Source: Chiloscyllium plagiosum (lineage: Eukaryota). Taken from it: 64,000 nt of DNA. Of this stretch, positions 37,775 to 51,770 are shown piece by piece. Location: positions 29,147,319-29,211,318 of the forward strand of contig NC_057713.1 of assembly GCF_004010195.1 (NCBI RefSeq), read 5' to 3'. The stretch's first letter is position 1. Every line of letters begins with the position of its first letter. Position numbers and translations under genes: made by a program. Under the pieces are notes generated by a model. It saw only the letters and a program-made list of their open reading frames with translations, had not been told where the DNA came from and made no database searches.

Positions 37775-38190
37775 TGATCAAAGCAGCCTGTTTGATCAGC
37801 ACCACACCCATTATCTTAAGCATCCCCCAACCATTAACATTAAGTGTGTAGACTCTACAATCTGCACTGCATTAACTCACCAAGGCTCCTTCACCAGCAC
37901 CTTCCAAACCTGCAAACTCATGCACCAGAGAAGCAAGGGCAGAAAATTCATGGGAGTATCACCACAACCCACAAGTTCCTCTTCAAGTCACACACCATTC
38001 TCAAGTGGAGCCATACTATTATTCCTTCAGTGTTGCTGGGTCAAAATCCTGAAATTTACTTTTAATATGGATATACATACACCACTTTTCTAACTCAATA
38101 AGGCAGCTCAGCACCAACACCTAAAAGGCACTTAAGGATAAAGAACAAATGCTGATCCAGCCAATATATCCCCTGAAAAATATTTTTGAA
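37775..38190 (+). mobile_element. LDIKAAF-type LINE 3' tail (further copies ~40880-41215, ~42455-42940, ~43790-43935)
   Basis: CAGCACCTTCCAAAC...GGTCAAAATCCTG...GGCAGCTCA homology. Confidence 0.75.
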
Positions 38191-39419
38191 AAATGGATGT
38201 AACTGTCATTTTTCCTAATACTGTGTAGTGCTGGTGTTATCAAATGAATGATGTGATGTAACATTGTCCCAATGATTCCACTCTTTAAGATGGAAAACAG
38301 ACTGTTTTTTTTAGCATGCTAACAGTTTTTTGGATGTCTAATATTGCAAATTATGTAATATGATCATTTTTAGGAAAGCAGGAATGCACCTTAAGGTCAA
38401 TTCTCCTGTGTCCCAACAGGAGACCCTAAGGGAACAAGGTTCTGCTCATCCATTAGCAATGCTCATGTTCTTTAGTCATATCTCTACCATTTGCAGGATG
38501 CAGCTCCTGTAAAAATATTGTGATTGCAAAATAAAAACAAGCTGAATTAATGTGCAAAGCTGGCATGTTGCCAATGATTAATGACTCTTCTCTGTGAGGC
38601 TCCCAGTACAATGTTTTCCCTCTCCCATAAAATGGACTCCTGCTTTAATGAAGGCTCACAGTTAAGAAAATAAAACAACAGTGATTTCTGATCTCAATAA
38701 ACCAACTGCGTTCATTTAAAATTTTCTAATTTTACTTCAATCTTCATGCAAATAGTGCTCGCAAGTTCTCTCCTTTTGCATTCCAGTGTAGCAAAATATT
38801 GATTTTCTTTAGTTCACTTGTGACTGCCAATCCATAGGGATGTCTACCTTCCTCTCTCTCTGCTTGTCTCTATCTTTTCTTTGTCTCTCTCCTTCCTTTA
38901 AAATTAGTCTGAATGTATTACCTCATGTTCACGAACTGCATTCCACTGACATTCCATCAGTACAATGTTGATACCTAGATCAGATTTTAGCCTGGTCCAC
39001 TTTTCATAGGCTCTGATTTGGTCACTGAAGCCTGAAGCACTTTATCTTCTTAGTGACCTCTGGTAAAACTCACTAATCTTAGCAAAGGGTCACTTCTCAT
39101 GGGTTTTAGTGCAGCCATTTATCATTTACAATGCAGTTTCCCATCTCCCGAAACACAGATTATTGCGATATAACCCACTCTGTAAGATTCTAATTGGGGA
39201 TGAGATCAAAAGTGCTTATGCTGGAATGAGAAAGACAGAATGTACAGTGCTATCAGTACACATAAAACACAAAAGAAAACAAAATGAGCTGGTTTAAATC
39301 AAGTTATGCACCACCCTCACATATTTGCACAGGGAGTTGGTTAGAATAAAGTAACACCACTATCTTCTACCCTAGGTATTTCTTTTGAAATATTGTGACA
39401 ACTGGTAGGACAAGAACAT

Positions 39420-39690
39420 ATAACCCCAATAGTGTGGAAGCAGGCAATTCAGCCCTTTAAGTCCACGCTGACCCAACCCTACATTCCCCCATGATTCAAT
39501 CCACCTAGCCTGCATACCCTCAGACATGACAGGCAATTTAGCCATGGCCAATCCATCTAATCTGCACATCAGGGAGAGGAAGCCAGTGCAAACCCATGCC
39601 AATACCACACATATAATTGCCTGAGGCTAGTATTGAACCTGGGTTCCTGGTGCTGTGAGACAATAGTGCTAGCCACATGAGCCACCAGAG
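39420..39690 (-). mobile_element. HE1/V-SINE-like element, decayed
   Basis: Minus: TGGCTCATGTGGCTAGCAC...GGTTCAATAC...GATTGGCCATGGCTAAATTGCC. Confidence 0.75.
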
Positions 39691-42600
39691 GAGGGTTGCA
39701 AATAAAGTTGTTATAAGAATGTTTATGTGCTCAGGCAACAGATTAGTTAGAGAGGAAGAGTGTGTAGACAAAGCAAGAACAAATAGAAACCTTAGTTTTC
39801 TTTCTGGAGGTTTTGAATAAAACTTAAGGACAAAATTTGGAATTGTAAAAGATCTTAGGCTACAACTGGAATATTTTAGCATTCCATTTTTGAAATGATA
39901 TCAAAACTTTAATAAAAACTGCAAGATGGATTCACTAAACATATGGGTTACAGTCATAAAGAAAGATGGAGAATTAGTTCATTTTTACTAGATCAGTGAA
40001 GAAGATTAGGTGGCCTGATGGAGGTTTTCAAGATTAAGCTTTATAATAAAATGGACAATGGTAGGTTGTCTTTCATTGTCAGTGAGGAGAGGATGCAAAT
40101 ATCTTTCCTGGATTTTGCATTGTTACAGATGGTAACATTGCCAGTGTTACTATCAATACTCCACTGAAACTGAAATAAGCTTCAGGAGCCTGCACATGCC
40201 CAGAACAATCTGGTTATCCAGGAATCGCTGTCAGTGATTCTGCACTTCCCCACAGGATGCGCTCCCTACAGGCTTCCGACGAATGGGAAATTTCTGAGTC
40301 ACCAGCCATGTTCACTTTTATTTTTTAATTTCACTGTAAAAATCTTCCAAAAATGTACACCTTGTTGAATGACATTGAGCAAGCTTTTTAGCAATTTGTT
40401 AACTTAATAAACTAAACTAGCCCTGAAATGTTCTTTATATTTGAGGAATGGTAAGTTTATTCAGTATGATTTTAAAAAAACACATATTTTTAAAATGACA
40501 ATAAAGTTTGTTTTGTTTTAGAAGCTACAATATCAGTACATTCATAATCATTTATTTTGCTTCATGAAAATTTGAATTATAAGTCAAGGATAAAGTAATT
40601 TTGACTTCCTGGTGTGCTGTCTGTGAGAATAATTTAATGTGATTGGCTGATTGCAAAGTTTGTTGAAGCAACTGTTGCTGTACATCAGAAGTACCTTCTG
40701 ATTAGGTACCAATTTGCCAATGTGAAATGGGAGGCCCAAACCACCAAGATTGTGAGACTTTTGTGAGCAGCTTTCTTCAAGACGAGTGCTGAGAGTTGTT
40801 GCTTCACTACTCACTGCACAGAATACAACACAACTTTGGAAGAAAGGCCTAAACAGCAGCTGAACAGGAGACTACCCTTCATCTACAGGATGACTACAAA
40901 ATTCATAAAGGCCCATTAGACAGCACCTTCCAAACCCGAATGACCAGTATCATCTAGACAGACAAGGGCAGTAGATACAGGGAACACTGTCACCTGCAGG
41001 CTTCCCTCCAAGCCACTCACCATCCTGACTTGGAAATCTCTTGCCGTTTCTCGAGTGTCACTAGATCAAAATCCTGGAAGTATATCGCAATGGCATTATA
41101 GGTCTACCTAGAGCAAATAAACTGCAGTGGTGCAAGAAGGCTGCACAGCACCATCTTTTCAAAGGTAACTGGGGATGGGCAACCAGCGATGCCCACATCC
41201 TATGAATGAATAAATGAAAATAGGTATTTCAGGTCCTCAGCCTGTTGCATCATCCTGTCAGATCATGGCCAGTATGTACTTGTGTAGAGTAAGATGATAG
41301 TAATGTTGACGACAATGTATCAAAAACACCATGTTTGGAGTTTTGAAGAGAGAAGAAGCAGTCTATTCCACAGGAAGTTGTGCACAATATAGTATATATT
41401 ATAATATAAATGAAGGAGTTTTACAGAAGTGTACTAGAGTCAGACTGTAATCACTCTTAAACAGAGGAAACTATATATATTACAGGACACAAGTAACCAA
41501 GGTAGAATTCCAAAGGGGTATCAAATTACAAACTGCTTCAACTTCACTTATTTGCCTTTAATTTATTCTCTTTCCTTATTAAAAATAAATTAATCTCTAA
41601 GTCTCTGCCATAAAAGCTGCCAAATTTGCCCAGAAGAGAAATCAAGGGTAAATAATCATTTCCACTTCTGATCATGTTTCAACTTATGTGTTGACACTAC
41701 CCTCTGTAAATTCTAGGGAAGGCAAAGTCAGGTACATCTGAAATGCTCAATTCTTCCTTTTCCAGAAGAAAAGGCTACTGACAGTCACTACCCAGGTTAC
41801 CAGAGGACTCACAATGCCAGGAGGTATTGAGGATGGAGATTAATATTCCCTAAAATAGGGGGAATTACAATAGCTGTCATGGATGCAATGTACATAGTAG
41901 TTAAATATGAACTCTGGGTGGGGTGGGCTCAATGATGAAATGGCAGTTTTTGCTCTTGATTTAACCATGGCTATTCCAGTATGTTTCAGAAGTGTTATTG
42001 TCAGTGTTAAGACCAACCATCAACCCTGTCTTCAGGAGATGAGCAGGAAAAAATAGAAATTAAAGGATAATCAAATGCTTCCAATTTTGGTTTTCATCTT
42101 TAAAACCATTTCAATAAGTTGTCACTAATGAATGAGCATGGTTTTAATCTCAGCAATTCCACCAGCCGATCTCAGTCAACCAGCAGTGACTTTACGTTCA
42201 GTGAGTATGTTTTATGCAATCTCATACAGTTACACCACTCTGATCTCTATATTCATTTATAGATGCTTTCCTTGAAGAAGAAATGTTATTACATATCTTT
42301 AGAGCAGGTGGGATTATAACCTGGGTCTCCTGGCTCCAAGATAGGGACACCACTACTGTGTCACAACAGCCGTCAGTCTTCATCTATCTGCTTCTTGCCA
42401 CCACTATATATTTGCTGTGTTCTTGGAATAGCTTATCTCTGCCTCATATGAACAAATCAGGAGTGTGGTGCAATACTCTCCACTTGCCTGGACGACTACA
42501 CGTCCAACAATATCATCTGGGACAATGTAGCCTGCTCGATCAGCGACAATCCACCAACTTCAACATTCACTCTATCCACCATTGATGCACAAGGCAGCAG

Positions 42601-43163
42601 TTTGCTCTAAGTACAAGGTCCACTGCAGCAACGCACTAGTGTTCTTTTGTCGCACCTTCCAAATCTGCAGCTTCCACCATCTAAAAAGACAATGGCAACA
42701 GCAGCATGGGAACAACATTAGCTGCAAGTCCCCTGCAACGCACACCCTATTGTAACTTGGAACTATATCACTACTCCTTCGTTGTTGCTGGATCAAAATC
42801 CTGAAATATTGTGGGTGTACCTAGATCTGACACACTGCAGCATTTCAAGAAGGCAGCTCACCACCACCTTCAAAGGATATTTAGAACTGGCAACAAACTC
42901 TGGCCTTACGGGCGACACCTGCATCCGAAGGAAGAATAAAAATAATATTCACAATGGAACAGTTGAAGAGAGAGGGAACAGTGTGTACCACAGGAGTTGT
43001 GCTATTTCATAATATGGTATGTCTTATAACGTAAATGAAAGGGTTTTGTAGAAGTTCCTTTCTGTAAATACAAGCAGAATAAATATTGCAGTGTGTACAA
43101 TTCTAGACTTTATTCTAGTTCAGAATGTTGAAATAAACAATGCTGCACTAATACAATATAGGT

Positions 43164-43457
43164 GACAGTGGGTACTGCAGATACTGGAGATTAGAGTCAA
43201 GATTAGTCCCACCTGTCAATCTTCCTTCCCACCATCCGCTCCACTCTCCTCTCTGACCCAGCACCTTCACCCCCACCTCCATCCACCTATTGCACTCTCA
43301 GCTACCTTCTCCCCAGCCCACCCGTCCCATTTATCTCTCCACTCCCCGAGGCTTCCAGCCTCATTCCTGATGAAGGGCTTTTGCCCAAAACATCGATTTT
43401 CCTGCTCCTTGGATGCTGCCTGAGCTGCTGTGCTTTTCCAGCACCACTCTAATCTTA
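43164..43457 (+). mobile_element. Short PLE insertion: inverted tail (43164-43206) plus terminal arm
   Basis: 17-bp TSD ACTRATACAATATAGGT (43147-43163, 43458-43474); core CTGATGAAGGGCTTTTGCCC. Confidence 0.88.
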
Positions 43458-46400
43458 ACTGATACAATATAGGTTGTTGTTAATTACTGCTCAAGATAAC
43501 TGAGGCCTTTAGACTCAAAATCTTTACTGACATGATTTTGATTTCTGTAGCCCCACCACATAAATCACCCAACTAAACAACTGACAACATTTTATTGCAT
43601 CAGAATTAACTAATTTAACTGTGCTATTAGTTTGACAAGAAACAACATTTCTCAATTCTAAATCAGATGCTATCATCTTATAGAAATTTAAAGGTGTCCA
43701 GAGTTATGCTTTCCTTTTTTTCTCTAAATTCAATGCTATTTGTAACTGTATTCTGACTGAGAAATAGATCAGCATTCCTCCAATATTGCGAGGTCAAAAT
43801 CCTGGAATTTCCTCCCTAGTGGTATTGTCAGTCTACCCACAGCACATGAATGTTGTGGTTCAAGGAGCAGCTAAGGATGGGCAATAAATGCTGGCTCAGT
43901 CAGTGATGCCCACATCCCAAGAGTGAATAAAAAAAACTCATACGTAACTGGCTTAAGATCAACTTTGAGCCAAAGTGTCATCAATTCATGTTGAAGATCT
44001 ATGTTGAAATTGTCCTTAATTTTCCTTAGAATTCTTACAAATTAGTGTAAAAGCAATGGTAGGATTTGGATAGAATCAATTATACAAATGGTTCACATTA
44101 TAAACTTAGACATCAAACTGGATGCAGTTTGTGGGTTTGTACTGCAGCAGTTATTTCTTCTAATGCAGTGAAACATTTCCAGTGAAGTTTATTTTTCACT
44201 TTTTGAAAATCTTTCTCAACTTTAAGATCTTACAAACTATCCCTTTCATTATGCTGCCCTATCTAGCTCATTCTTTAGCTAGCTTTCAAGTTTTGTTTCT
44301 ATTAAAGAATCCCGTGAAACTCCACTAGCTGACCTGCTACATAAAAGGCACAATGTTCCAGTATGTTTTTGTACTAACTCAGGAACTTTCCATCTGGTAG
44401 TGCACTGGTAAATGGATTCATGTCAATTCCTTTGTGGGCTACTTCAATCAAGTTGTTAACTCATTTATAATGACTGCACTGAACTACTCTTACGGGGATG
44501 TACATGAAGTTTTTGCTCTGGCAGACAGAGATTCATGAGTCAACTCTTCATGTTTTTATTGTTTTAGCCTGAGATACTCCAGTTTCTTTTTGTGGGTTTC
44601 TGACCCTGCCACTGGAAGGAAGGAGCTGGATTTAGCCATGTAAATAAGAAGAGCTGATTCATTGGCAGGGATCTTTAAAAATCCAGCCTTAATAAATGTT
44701 AGCATAAAAATAGCAGACAAAAATATTTTGGTGCTGGGATGCAAAAACAAATTAAAGTACTTGATGTGATCTGACAGATAGCTATTTATTCTCTCCACAC
44801 CCATATTGCTAGCCTCCTTCTCAGAACTATCATGTAGAATACCTCCAATGTGGGGCAACATCACATTTGATAAAATTGGTGATCCATTTTTGGATGTTTT
44901 GCAACATTAAAGGTGCTACATAAATGCAATTGTTGTCTGGTCTTCTGTTAACACAGAAGTATTTTAAGAAGCAGCTCTTATTACATCCTGGATAATATAA
45001 ACACCTTGCTTATATGCACAGATTTTTTTAAATCATGCTTTGAAAATCATAATCCTCATAATTGGTCATGGCCATTTTAGTTTCTCTGACAGGAATGTGA
45101 GCTCACATAGCCAGCAGTTAGCAGCAAAACTAAGTGTTTCCTCAAACTTAATCTTTTGGTTTTGAATTTCCACTGAATAAACCATTAGCCCAGGAAAACA
45201 AAATTCATTCACATAAGATACATTTGCCATGTACTATTCACAGAAAGTTGCGTCAAAAGATGAACGGTTTTAACACTTCTAAAAAGAGCCCTTGCAAGAG
45301 AAAATAAGAGCTCATGTTCTGAATTCTGGATTTGGCATCTAGCAGGATGGTCCTGTCAATTGGGAATGACTGGCTTCTTCCCTATTGAATGGATCATAGA
45401 AGCCCATGAAATTTACCCCTTACATAGGGCTAGGTACTTATTAGATAGATTCATGGTGTTCATGGTCGTATAGGAGGTTATATTGCAGCTTGTCATTACT
45501 GTTCGGACATACTTTTATGGACTCCATATTTATGATGTGTTTGATCAAAGTTGGCTCAAGTGGGACTCAAGAAAGCCATTATTTTGCACAGTCCAGTCTC
45601 TGACTCCCTCTCCTCCAAAAAAACCAGCTTATTTCTTATTTTATTTCACTTATTGCACTGTTGCCAGTAGCAGCACCACAGTGAGCTGAAGTAAACTCTG
45701 CAAGACTCCGCTAAAGAGCTACAGTGTTTATGGAAAAGTGTTTTTAGCACCCAGCATCATTTTGCAAAACATCTTTGTTTCGGGGAGTGTTCCTGAAGCT
45801 AACAAGGTCCCATTTAGCGCTATTCAGTAGATAAAGCGCCAGCAGCTCCAAGCAACATCAATGACAGGAAAAAGACACGAGACCTGGTTTCCCCCAGCCT
45901 GATTTTTTTTCCTATATATCCTTTTTTGTATCTCTCTCAAAGACAATGTCCCTTTAAAATGTTCAGGCCCCACGCTATCGAGATTAAATTCATCTGCTCA
46001 GCATGTACAGTACAGATCACGTATTCTCCATGGGAGTTTCCCTGTACTGACTGTCGTTTCCTGCTTTGGAATCTTCCAGAGTTTTAAGTCTCGAATGAAG
46101 CAGGGCGATTGAGGTATTAAATCATTCCCACTCAAACACTGGGAACGCCGCTTCAAGCTTTAGCGAGTCAGTTGGTATACAGCTGTGACTGCCACGACTC
46201 GCTCCCTGAAATCTTTACAGGATGTTTCCAAGACACTTGTTCTGCCATTCCCTCCCTCCTTCCCACCCACCCCTCCTTCCCACTGCGTCCAAATTGACAA
46301 GGAATTCAAACACTCTTCAATGATTGCATCTGAAAACAAAGTGAGGAAATCTAATTGTCATTCACGAATATTCCTGATTGAAGCATTTCTTTTCCCACAA

Positions 46401-46949
46401 CAATTTCGCCACGTGTTTGGTGGGATTAGCGCCTCTCTCCAGACAGCTACAGTCCCCAACCGTGCACTTAAACCTGAGGGTTCTTGGTGGTACGGTGGTA
46501 GCATCCCTGTCTCTGAGCCAGGAATCTTGGGTTCAAGTCACACTTACTTCAGCGACATGTAATAACATTCTTGTAAAATATCTATATACTTGAATCAGAT
46601 TTTCTAAGTGAAACAAATTCCTCTCCTACTTACTGTTTAAAAGAAATCCTGATTTTTCTCACTCTTTAGCTCCAAATTCCCTGTTGTCTCCCTAGAAAAC
46701 AGTCCCCTTACTCTCATTCGTAATAATCATCATATCACTTTTATTTTATAACCCCCACCCTCTGTCCCGGACTCTATCCTCCCTTCCATCTGCCCCCTCT
46801 TGCCCCTTTCAAATACAATCCCCGGGCTGACACTACCTCGGCTTTCCCACTGATCATTTACTCACAAAGTGAAAGGTGGGGCAGTAACAAATACAGGAGA
46901 GACATCCATTCACCTGGAGTGTTGTGCCTGCCACTAGAATCCAAAGCAG

Positions 46950-48400
46950 CAGCCGCTTCATTCCTGTACATCGGTTGCAAATTCATTGAACCCTGGAAAG
47001 TGCAAACGCCTGCAGATTCACAAACTCAGGATAGCAACCGTTTGCATCGGCTGACCACGCCGTGTCATGAGTGCAGTCCTCCCCTGCAAATTTAGCCTGT
47101 ATTAATTCTCATGTGACGTCAGGTTCACTGACGAGTATATTTTTCCCCTCACACCAACCTCCCTCCCCCCTCCACCTCCCCAACATTTCTCCAATTGTAC
47201 CCTCCTCCTGTCACACTCAGTCAGTACACAGCACAACCAGGAGCCCTTAAAGGGACCATGCACTCAGTGATAATAAAGGCATCGCACGATGGGGGACTCG
47301 GTCTCCGTTTAGCGTCCCCCTCCACCTCGTTCCCATCCTCCCCTCAACTCGAGGAAAGACAGAAGCCCTCTTTTCAAAGGAATAAACGGCGCCCGACAAA
47401 ACGCTCGGACAGTCCGGAAAACGAGAGGTCTCCATCCAGCCCCCAAACACTCTCCCTCTCAGTGTGTTGGTTGAACTTGCAGTCAGCAAAACTTCAAAGA
47501 TACTTGTGAACCAGCGATGCGGGGGACTACGTGGTTTCTTTCAGACAAAAGTAAAAGCCGAAGAGATCAGTAACTGAATATTTAAAATAAATTGTTCACT
47601 CCAGAAGGTTGACAGTATGAAAATCTGCGAATGAATGGAATGGTATGTCATATTAAAATGCAATTAATACTGGGCTCGCTCACATCAGCCCAAATACTGG
47701 TACTTATGTGGTGGGTCATATTATCAGTGCCATCCCTCACATAATTGTCTGTCTCCTTACTGATACGAAACGCTGAGGGTTGACACCACATTCCCCACCA
47801 CCACCATAGCGACAGGCTCCCTGTTAAAGTCGATTCCTGCTGGGAATGTTCCCAGAGTGAGTGCCGGAGGAGCTTTCACTGACCGTGAGCAGCCTCTAGA
47901 GGGACGCCAGGTAAAAAGGAAGGGACAAAGTCTGGGTAAGGGCTGGGAGAGGCTTACATTAAACCGAAGGAAATAACGGGAAAACGTGCAGGCACAAACG
48001 AGACTGGAGGGTGGGAACGTGAAGGCAAGAGGAGACGGGATTAAAAAGAAACAACACAGCGGGAAATGTTAGAGAACGTGGGCAGACGGGGAGAAGGGAG
48101 AGAGTGTTGGCCTGACTCTATCCGAAAGGATTTTTGATCAGTTCTCTTCAGCCGGGATTGCCTGTCACTGAGCTGTTTGAACGCCGCACTGTGCAAAGAC
48201 ATCGAGTCAATCTGCAGGGTGTCTGGCAAAACGGTGTTTCCAGTGTCAGGGAAACTGCTGCCAATTAAAGGGGCATTTGTCAGTATGCATCCTCTCACTG
48301 TTCCAGTTAAAAAAATCATTAAAAAAAGTAATTAGTCCCCAATCAGACGAAACACCATCGTTTCAGGGAAAGCGCTTCTTCAGGACTAATTTAGGGAACA
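46950..48400. promoter_or_regulatory. CpG-rich, repeat-poor promoter/first-exon-like region
   Basis: CpG visibly retained relative to the rest of the window. CRE TGACGTCA 47114-47121, half-CRE 47129-47133, C-rich tract 47150-47182, donor-like GTGAGT 47857, GTAAAA 47911, GTAAG 47936. Confidence 0.6.
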
Positions 48401-48884
48401 TCTCCAAAAAAGAGCATTTACTGTCTTCAATTAAAACAAAGAAATAAAACCGATCAAAAGATCCCTTCCCCTGTCAATTGCTGACTGTAATTTCTGGGAA
48501 TGATCAAAGTAACGTGATAATGCCTTGAAAACGACATCCATTCTGTTCAAACAAAACACCAATTCACTGGCACTCCATTTAGAGAATTTCCCTTGCTTTG
48601 CAAGCCATGGTAATTGTGAATCCAATAACTTACAAATTTAGTAAATCCTTCAAGGGCATTAGTGAAGCAGATGGGTTTGCACAACAAAATGATACCAATT
48701 TTATTCTCGATTTTTTAACGAATTTAAATGTAACCTACTGCAATGATTGGAACCTTATAACACATTAACCCATAATCCTAGGGATTCTGGATTTATATAC
48801 CAGTGATATTACCATTGCACTACTGCCTCCTTCATAAAAAGATGGTGTGGGTTTACTCCCCCTGCTCCATACTTCATTTGGACA

Positions 48885-49325
48885 CTTTTGGTGCAGTGCA
48901 CTTGCTGCTGGAGTCAAAACATTTTGATTTCAATTCCCATTAGAGATTTAACACAAACCTGACTGCTGCCTCTCCACTGAGCTGTTGTGTCAAGGGAGTG
49001 CTGCATTATTGGACAAGGTGACTTTGGGTTGAACGGTTAAACTGTGATCCTGTGCCTCGCAAATGGATGCAAATAATCCTGTTTTGAAGAAGAGTTATTT
49101 TGCAGTTCTCCTGTGTCCTGGTCAGTGTTCATTCCTCACCAAAGCCAAGAAAACAAATTTTCTGGTGATTATCCCATTGCTGTTTACGTGAGCTTGCTGT
49201 GTACAAATTAGCAGCCATGTTTCTTCCCATACAACATTGATAACAGTTCAGAGGTATTTCATTAGCTACAAAGTTACTTGGGGTGTCCTAAGATCAATTA
49301 AAGCACAACAGGAATGCCAGTGCAT
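48885..49325 (+). mobile_element. DeuSINE-like element (SacSINE1/AmnSINE1 type), old
   Basis: GGGAGTGCTGCA...GTTAAAC...TTGAAGAAGAG...GTGTCCTGG...CATTGCTGTTT...GAGCTTGCTGTGTACAAATT follows the recalled Deu-domain consensus in order. Confidence 0.75.
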
Positions 49326-49341
49326 CTTGCATGATATATTG

Positions 49342-50733
49342 TGGAAACTTATACATGCATAATGAAAGGAGGAGCAAAAAAATTAAGTTCCCCTCTCCCC
49401 TTGCAGAATTTTGGTAAACACTGGTTATGGGGAAAAGTGAGGTTGACGATTAGCAGATCAGTCATGATCTCATTGAATGGCAAAGCAAATCAATGGGCTG
49501 GATGGCTGACTTCTGCTCCTGTGTCCTACGTCTTAGATCTCATCAAGCAAGTATTCTAAATTAAAAAATATAAGATGAGAAAATGCTGGAAATTTCTCAT
49601 GAGTTCAGGTCGTCACTGTGGAGAGAGAACCCTTAATTTTTCATATCAACATCTTTCTTCAGGACAATACTTATCTTTGGGGTTGACATTCAGTGAGAGG
49701 TACATCATTGAGTAGGGATAGCAAACCTCACTCAAATTCTTTATGGTTGTGGGAGAGTGAACGATCATCTTGCCACCTAGCATTAACCACCCTATTGACT
49801 GGTATATAAATGACCATGATCAGAATGTGTCAGTCTACATCAGCTATCAGTCAAAAGACATACTTCACACTCTTCTCTAAGGAAAGCATGAAATCACAAT
49901 CTCTGCTACTGTCTCTGAAGATGTGACAATTATTGTTTGCATATGCATCTATCCATTTGGGCAAAATGTGAAACTAGTCTGGGTAAAACGCATAATCAAC
50001 TGAGGGCAAGGCACTGATTTATCAAACATGTAATTGCATCATATTCTCCACTGTTTATGATTAGTTTCCAAATGAATTGCAAAATACCACTTTGCATTAA
50101 TTATATATTATTTATACGTTAGTCAGCAGGTCATGTGTGAGTTACAAGGAGTTGGCGCACACCATACTTTCTGTCACTGATAAAGAGCAACGAAACACCA
50201 TTGCACAGTTTAAGAGATGGCGTATCACATTAAACAAAAACACTGCAGATGTTTCATGAGTTTTATGGCTGATACTTGAAAGTGGAAGCTTGAATATAGT
50301 GAAGATACACTTTCCTATCTTCCAATTTTCAGTGCTGAGAAAGGGCATACACAATGGATGATTCTTAATGAAAAGATCTGCTTAGCATGAAGACATTGCT
50401 GCCTGGGTAATCATTTATTACCAATCCCAATTACCCAGGAGAAGTTGGTGGCAAGCTGCCCTCTTGAACAGCTGCAGTCTTTTGGAAATAGTCATGCCCA
50501 GAGTGTAGTTGAAAGGGGAGTTTCAGGATTTTGAACAACAATAGGGACAGAAAAGTAAGCCATCCAGCCCATTGATTTGCTTTGCCATTCAATGAAATCA
50601 TGACTGATCTGCTAATCGTCAACCTCAATTCCCTGCCTTTTTTCCCATAACCAGCGTTTACCAAAATTCTGCCAGGGGAGAAGGGAACTTCAATTTTTTG
50701 TTCCGCCATTCATTATTCATGTATATGTTTCCA
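49342..50733. repeat. ~190-bp inverted repeat pair (49342-49528 and 50542-50733)
   Basis: Both arms translate to RLTISRSVMISLNGKANQWAGWLT on opposite strands; similarity extends beyond the CR1-tail portion. Confidence 0.9.
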
Positions 50734-51770
50734 AGTCAGAATTGTGAATGAACTTATAGGTGTTAGTCTTCCCATGTATCTGCTGCCCTTGTTCTTCTAC
50801 ATGGTAGTGGCCTTGCATTTGGAATGTGCTAAGGAACCTTGGTGAATTTCTACAGTACCTCTTGATACCTGTGCATTAGTGAGAGAGGAGTGAATCTTTC
50901 TGGACGTGGTGTCAATCAAACAGGTTGCTTTGTCCTATATGGTGTCAAGCTTCTTGAGTGTTGTTGGAGCTGTGCTCATCCAGGCAAGTTGGGAGTATTC
51001 CAGCACACTCCAGACTTATGCCTTGTAGATGGTGGAAAGGCTTTGGGGAGTCATAAGATGAGTTAGTCGCTGAAAGATTCCAAGTCTATGACTTGCTTCT
51101 CTGACACAGTATTTATGTTGCTAGTCCAGTTCAGTTTCTAGTCAGTGGTCACCCCCATGATGTTGGTAGTGGGTGATTCAGTCAAGGACTAATTATTGGA
51201 TTCTTTCTTGTTGAGAATGGTCATTACCTGGCACTTGTGTGACATAAGTATTACTTGTTATCCCAAGACAGGAATTTGTTCAGACTTACTCCATAAAGCC
51301 ATTGACTGCTTCAGTATTTGAGCAGTTGCAGATATTGCAGAACAACATACAATCATTAGTTTCTATCTTCACTTTGACTTCTGATAGCTGGAAAGTCATT
51401 GATAAAGCAACTGAAGATGGTTAGGTCAAAGACATGACCCTGAGAAACTCCTGCAGAGATATCCTGGAGCTGAGATGACTGATCACCAACAACCACAGGT
51501 CATCTTTCTTTATGCTAGTTATGACTCCAACCAGCAGAGAATATTGTCCCTGATTCCCAATGACTCTAGTTTTACTGAAGCTCCTTGATGCCATACTCAG
51601 CCAAAAGTGCTGCTGCCAAATATTTTAACTCATGGCTAGAATTCAGCTCTTTGCTCCATGTTTGAACAAAAGCTGCAATAAGGCAGGTGTCAGTATTGTA
51701 GCTGTATTGGAATAGCAGCAACATGTTAGGAATGTCAGTCTTCAGTACTTCCTGTCGAATGTTGTTAGGG
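50410..51770 (-). mobile_element. LDIKAAF-type LINE, RT to 3' tail, decayed
   Basis: Antisense homology to 7950-9140 (LIAAFVQTWSKELNS, YKA, KKLDTI). Confidence 0.85.

Noticed and set aside
44556-44864. 102-aa minus ORF
   Set aside because: No recognisable motif or clear splice context; length compatible with chance.
47195-47509. 104-aa plus ORF in the CpG island
   Set aside because: No recognisable domain; GC-rich UTR-like DNA often stays open.
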